Assembly (NCBI GenBank): GCA_963675745.2
Contig: CAXXWX010000001.1
Coordinates: 224,001 to 288,000, forward strand
Source: Phycisphaerae bacterium
Lineage (GTDB): Bacteria; Planctomycetota; Phycisphaerae; UBA1845; Fen-1342
Direction of reading: 5' to 3'
DNA length: 64,000 nt
Under the pieces are notes generated by a model that was not told the DNA's origin, made no database searches, and saw nothing but the letters and a program-made list of their open reading frames with translations. Below, one piece after another: positions 60,197 to 64,000 of this stretch (its first letter is position 1; every line of letters begins with the position of its first letter). The position numbers and the translations under genes were made by a program.

Positions 60197-62784
60197 TCTT
60201 CTGTGTTCATCAGCATCTGGCCAACGGTGTGCCACACGTGCCGGCGGAACTCGGTGACCTTGCCTTTGTCATCCGGATGCACGCGATTGGTCAGCGCGAT
60301 GATGTAAACACCCTGCTCGGGATAGATACGGATTGCCGTGCCGGTGTATCCGGTGTGACCGTAGGCAAAGAGCGCATCGACGCCGGTATCGCCCGCATCG
60401 GGCGGGTAGAGATCCCATAGCAGGCCGCGGCGGTCGGGTTGGCCGGCTTTGTTCTTTGCGCCGGGGTTCTGAACGCGGGTCATGTCGCGGATGGTCTCGG
60501 GCGTTAGAACGCGTGCGCCGTCCAGTTCGCCGCCGTTCAGCATCATCTGGGCGAAGCGGCTCAGATCGGCAGCGCTGCCGAACAGACCGGCATTGCCCGA
60601 CACGCCGGCTTGCATCGCGGCGAGCGGATCATGTACGTCGCCAGTGAGAAAACCGTCAGCGGCGCGGGCGCGAGCGGCGCGCGTTGTGGGGACGATGGGC
60701 TTCTGTTGCGACTGCGCGTCGTCGATGCTCGGGTTGAAGCCGGTATCCAGCATCTTCAGCGGACCATAGATATTCTGTGACGCAAACTTGTCGAGCGGCT
60801 GGCCGGAAACCGCTTCGACGATCTCGGCGCCGAGGATGGCGTTGAGGCAGCTATACACCATGACTTCGCCGGGCTTGTGTGCCAGGTCGAGGTTGCGAAT
60901 GTAAGCGCGTGTTTCGGACGGGCAGGGGAAACCGGCCTTGTCTTTGATGACCTTCTGTTGTCGGGCGCCCACGTATGGCGGCAGGCCCGACATGTGCGTC
61001 ATCAGGTGGCGGATGGTTACATCCTTCTTATCACCAGCGCCAAACTCCGGCAGGTACTTGCCGACCGGGTCATCCAGGCCCAATTCGCCGCGCTGTGCGA
61101 GGATCATCAGGCTGGTTCCCGTCGCAATCGGTTTGGTCATCGAGGCCAGGTCGAAAATTGCGGCGGCGCGCATCGGCCGCGGCCGCGGCTGGCTGCGGAG
61201 AAAGCCGTAAGCCCGCTCCAATGTCTCGTAGCCCGTAGCGGTCTTGCGGCCGACCGCGATCACCGCCCCGGGGATGCCGCCTTCCTTCAACCAGTCAGGG
61301 ACGGCGGCGTGTAGCGCTTCCTCCAGCGCCGCGAACCCGCCATCCAGCGGCGTGGTGCGCAGTTGGAGACTCCAGCGCCACTCATCAAAATACAGGTTGT
61401 GCCCGTCGATCTCGATCTCGCCGCGCTGAAAGTCGTTGGGCTCACTGCGGAAACTGGTCTTGGGCGGGTGCAGCTCGCGGGCATAATCGACGTTGACGAT
61501 CATGCGGTATGGGTCCATGTGGCCGCAGAAGAACTCGCGCACGCGCGGATCGGCGTGCTCCTGCAAGCCATTCGACGCGTCAGCGGGTAACCAGCCCCAC
61601 GGCTCGACGTAGAACTCCGACCAATCGTGCATGTTCCAGTCATTCGGCTTCGTTTGCCAGCCCGACTGCCAGCGTGCCGGGATACCGGCCGCGCGGCAGA
61701 GCGTGATGAAAACCATGCTCTGCACGCCGCAATCGCCGCGCCGCGCCGAAAGCCCCTTGCCGGACAGGCTCGGGATGGTGCTGTATTCCATTTCAGCACA
61801 CCATGGGATGTTGCGCGACACCCAGCGGAAGATACGCCGGGCGCGTTCGAGCGGGTTCGGTTCGTCGCCAACGATCTTCGCCGCCAATGCCCGCACGCCG
61901 GGCGCGAAGGCGATGTGTGGCAGGCGCTCGGCGGTGTACTCGCGGTAGAGCGGACTCTCCTTGTCGTAAGGCGCGACATCCGCGGCACTGAGCTTCGGAC
62001 AGTAGGCGAACGTCACGAATTCGAACTCGGCTGCGAATACGGGCGCGACGGTCGGATCGTCGATGACCATCTCGAAGTAGACGGTGCGCTGGGCCTGGTC
62101 GCCGGGCGCGACAACGCCGCCGGCGGGCTCGGTTTTGATCAGGCGCACATCGCGCTGCTGCCGATACTCCTGCGGAAACGGCAGCCAGCAGCGCACTTTC
62201 GCCCCGGCGCGCAACCGCGGGTTGTTCTCCTTGACGCGCAGCTCGTAGCGGATGTGGTGCTTGACGGGGTAGACCATCGGCGAGTCGGATTCATCCGCCA
62301 GCCTGACCAGCCGCGCGACATGCGCCGGCACGTCGAAGTCGTCGCCCGCCGGCCGGGGCTGAAAGACTCGGCGTGATTTGGCCTCCTGCGAGAAACGCAG
62401 CAGTGTGCCGGCCGCCCGATTGAAGTAGCGCACCTCGCCATCAATGACCCGGTGCTGCAAATCACCGGACTCGGTCCAGCGCTGCACGTCTTCGGCGGTT
62501 GCATCGGGAATGTCCGCGCGCAGCTTGGCGAGCAACCGCTCCGCGGTTAGCGCGTAGTCCAGGCGCACACGACGGGCAATTTCCAGCGCAACGGCCGGTC
62601 CATCCACAATCGGGGCGGCGGGATCGGCGATGCGTTCGCGCAGTAGATTCTCAGCTTCGGTGAAGCGACCTGTGTCCATCGCCCGTTGCGCCTCGGCTAT
62701 CACGTCAGCATCATCCCCGCTCGCACACGCCGCCGCTGCCAGCAGCGTCGCCGCTACGATAATACGAATCACGCTGTGAGGCAT
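60193..62784 (-). CDS. exported transglutaminase-like domain fused to a beta-lactamase-family serine hydrolase
   Basis: GDCGVQ..HDW..PAD triad; FDLASMTK, LMTHMSGL, YS, GHTGYTG. Confidence 0.85.
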   Translation of the reverse strand: MPHSVIRIIVAATLLAAAACASGDDADVIAEAQRAMDTGRFTEAENLLRERIADPAAPIVDGPAVALEIARRVRLDYALTAERLLAKLRADIPDATAEDVQRWTESGDLQHRVIDGEVRYFNRAAGTLLRFSQEAKSRRVFQPRPAGDDFDVPAHVARLVRLADESDSPMVYPVKHHIRYELRVKENNPRLRAGAKVRCWLPFPQEYRQQRDVRLIKTEPAGGVVAPGDQAQRTVYFEMVIDDPTVAPVFAAEFEFVTFAYCPKLSAADVAPYDKESPLYREYTAERLPHIAFAPGVRALAAKIVGDEPNPLERARRIFRWVSRNIPWCAEMEYSTIPSLSGKGLSARRGDCGVQSMVFITLCRAAGIPARWQSGWQTKPNDWNMHDWSEFYVEPWGWLPADASNGLQEHADPRVREFFCGHMDPYRMIVNVDYARELHPPKTSFRSEPNDFQRGEIEIDGHNLYFDEWRWSLQLRTTPLDGGFAALEEALHAAVPDWLKEGGIPGAVIAVGRKTATGYETLERAYGFLRSQPRPRPMRAAAIFDLASMTKPIATGTSLMILAQRGELGLDDPVGKYLPEFGAGDKKDVTIRHLMTHMSGLPPYVGARQQKVIKDKAGFPCPSETRAYIRNLDLAHKPGEVMVYSCLNAILGAEIVEAVSGQPLDKFASQNIYGPLKMLDTGFNPSIDDAQSQQKPIVPTTRAARARAADGFLTGDVHDPLAAMQAGVSGNAGLFGSAADLSRFAQMMLNGGELDGARVLTPETIRDMTRVQNPGAKNKAGQPDRRGLLWDLYPPDAGDTGVDALFAYGHTGYTGTAIRIYPEQGVYIIALTNRVHPDDKGKVTEFRRHVWHTVGQMLMNTEE

Positions 62785-62823
62785 AACCCGGAACCTCCTG
62801 CCACCGGTTGCGCTGTTGGGCGG

Positions 62824-64000
62824 CTACTCCGAAAACACATTTCGATCCGGCAACGAAACCATGCCGCAGTGTTTGGCGACAACCGGACCGGTCAGCTTAC
62901 CGTCGATCTTCTCGACGTTGATTGTCGCGCTGGTGGTGGCCTCGATCTTGCCGACGTCCGTTTTGAAGCGGCCGACGAACATCGATCCGCTGCTGGCCCA
63001 GAGGCAATAATCGTAATCGCCACGCAACTCGATGTCATTGCATGTGAACGTGCTGGCCTTTTGCAGCGCGATGGCCATCCCGTTGTCACTCTCGATAATC
63101 ACACGTGCGCCTTCACCGAGGATGTGACCGTCGTGCTCGAGGCCGATCGGCGTGTTGCGCTTCTGCCTGGCGTTGAGCACCACCTCGGTATTGTGCAGGT
63201 CGATGCGCCCGCCGTTGTTGATCGCGAGGTTGTTGCTCTGTTGGCTCCAACTGGTTATCCGGGCCGACTCGCAGCCCAGGCGGATGCAGCCGTAATAGCT
63301 CGATGACAAGCTGCCGTTGCCGATATCGAGTGATGCGTTTTCGCGCTCCGCGAACCGCACCAGGCCGTGGTCGGTGGCAATAATGCCGCAAAACGTTTCT
63401 TCATCGGCAGCGCCGTGCAGGTGTTCGTTTAGCCGGATCGCGCCGCGCAGCGCCACCTGGCCACCGCGATGCGCATATATCCCCGCATCGCTGATGCTGC
63501 GCATGCGGAATGTAACGTCCTTGAGCGTGATATAACCCGGACCGGCGACCATCACGCCGCGCCGCTGACGCTTGGTGAAAGTGCCGATCTGGACGTTCTC
63601 AAGCCGCCACTCTCCCTCGCGCACGTCCACCATCGCGCGGCCGCCTTCCCATGCAAAGACGGGGATGTTCCCTTCCTCATCCCGCCGGCCGATGAGCGAG
63701 ACGGTGACACCCGGGCGCATGCGGCACATCAGCTCCAGGACGCTCTCGGACATGTCGTGACCGCCGGTCGATTCGTATTGCCCGCCCATCACGTCAATCG
63801 TCACCGAGCTTGCCAGCGGCTCGCGCAGCAGCCGCAGGGCCGCCGATATCGTCTTAAGCGGCCGGTCTTCGGTCCCGGGGTTGCGGTCGTTGCCGCGCGC
63901 CACATCGACAACGAGGTGCTCAGGGGTTCTGGTTCGCGTGCGCTCGCGTCCCTGCCCGAGGGCCACGCCGCAGATCAGCTCAGAACCCATGATCAACGAC
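62824..64000 (-). CDS. hypothetical beta-helix-like protein (DUF1565-like N-terminus), start probably beyond the window
   Basis: VVD..GNDRNPGT..PLKTISAAL followed by beta-rich repeats; frame open to the edge. Confidence 0.65.
   Translation of the reverse strand, partial: SLIMGSELICGVALGQGRERTRTRTPEHLVVDVARGNDRNPGTEDRPLKTISAALRLLREPLASSVTIDVMGGQYESTGGHDMSESVLELMCRMRPGVTVSLIGRRDEEGNIPVFAWEGGRAMVDVREGEWRLENVQIGTFTKRQRRGVMVAGPGYITLKDVTFRMRSISDAGIYAHRGGQVALRGAIRLNEHLHGAADEETFCGIIATDHGLVRFAERENASLDIGNGSLSSSYYGCIRLGCESARITSWSQQSNNLAINNGGRIDLHNTEVVLNARQKRNTPIGLEHDGHILGEGARVIIESDNGMAIALQKASTFTCNDIELRGDYDYCLWASSGSMFVGRFKTDVGKIEATTSATINVEKIDGKLTGPVVAKHCGMVSLPDRNVFSE

Overview
High-GC bacterial chromosome segment, most likely Planctomycetota/Phycisphaerae (inferred from DUF4190/H-X9-DG proteins, dockerin-like secreted proteins, a PEP-CTERM protein, a tig-clpP-clpP block and a short Hc1-like protein). 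Housekeeping genes include a partial atpZ/I, fumC, ahcY, acs, gatB, tig, two clpP, selA, a uvrC-like gene, a fabZ-like gene, an S41 protease and ruvCAB. Four accessory modules stand out. (1) At 24.8-26.2 kb, a relic of a diversity-generating retroelement (DGR): a secreted dockerin + FGE-sulfatase/C-type-lectin-fold target gene with a VR-like 3' end and a GAA-loop hairpin, followed by only the first ~24 codons of avd, and bracketed by ~80-bp direct repeats. I found no TR or RT in the window. (2) At 48.5-57.7 kb, an 8-gene operon joining two substrate-binding-protein/OmpA-like fusions, a vWA protein, a membrane coiled-coil protein, a PspA-like protein and a NitT/TauT-type ABC transporter; this is the best candidate for an uncharacterised envelope system. 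(3) At 14.9-20.5 kb, an ECF sigma/anti-sigma/Spy-like sensor/ferritin-like/Fe-S cluster. (4) At 7.3-12.9 kb, an OprB-acs-OFA MFS unit with a long structured leader. Intergenic DNA carries several REP-like palindrome families and inverted 7-8-mer tandem arrays. ahcY, a hybrid kinase and ruvC are frameshifted or garbled, which may reflect sequence errors. All product calls come from motif recognition by eye; no searches were run.
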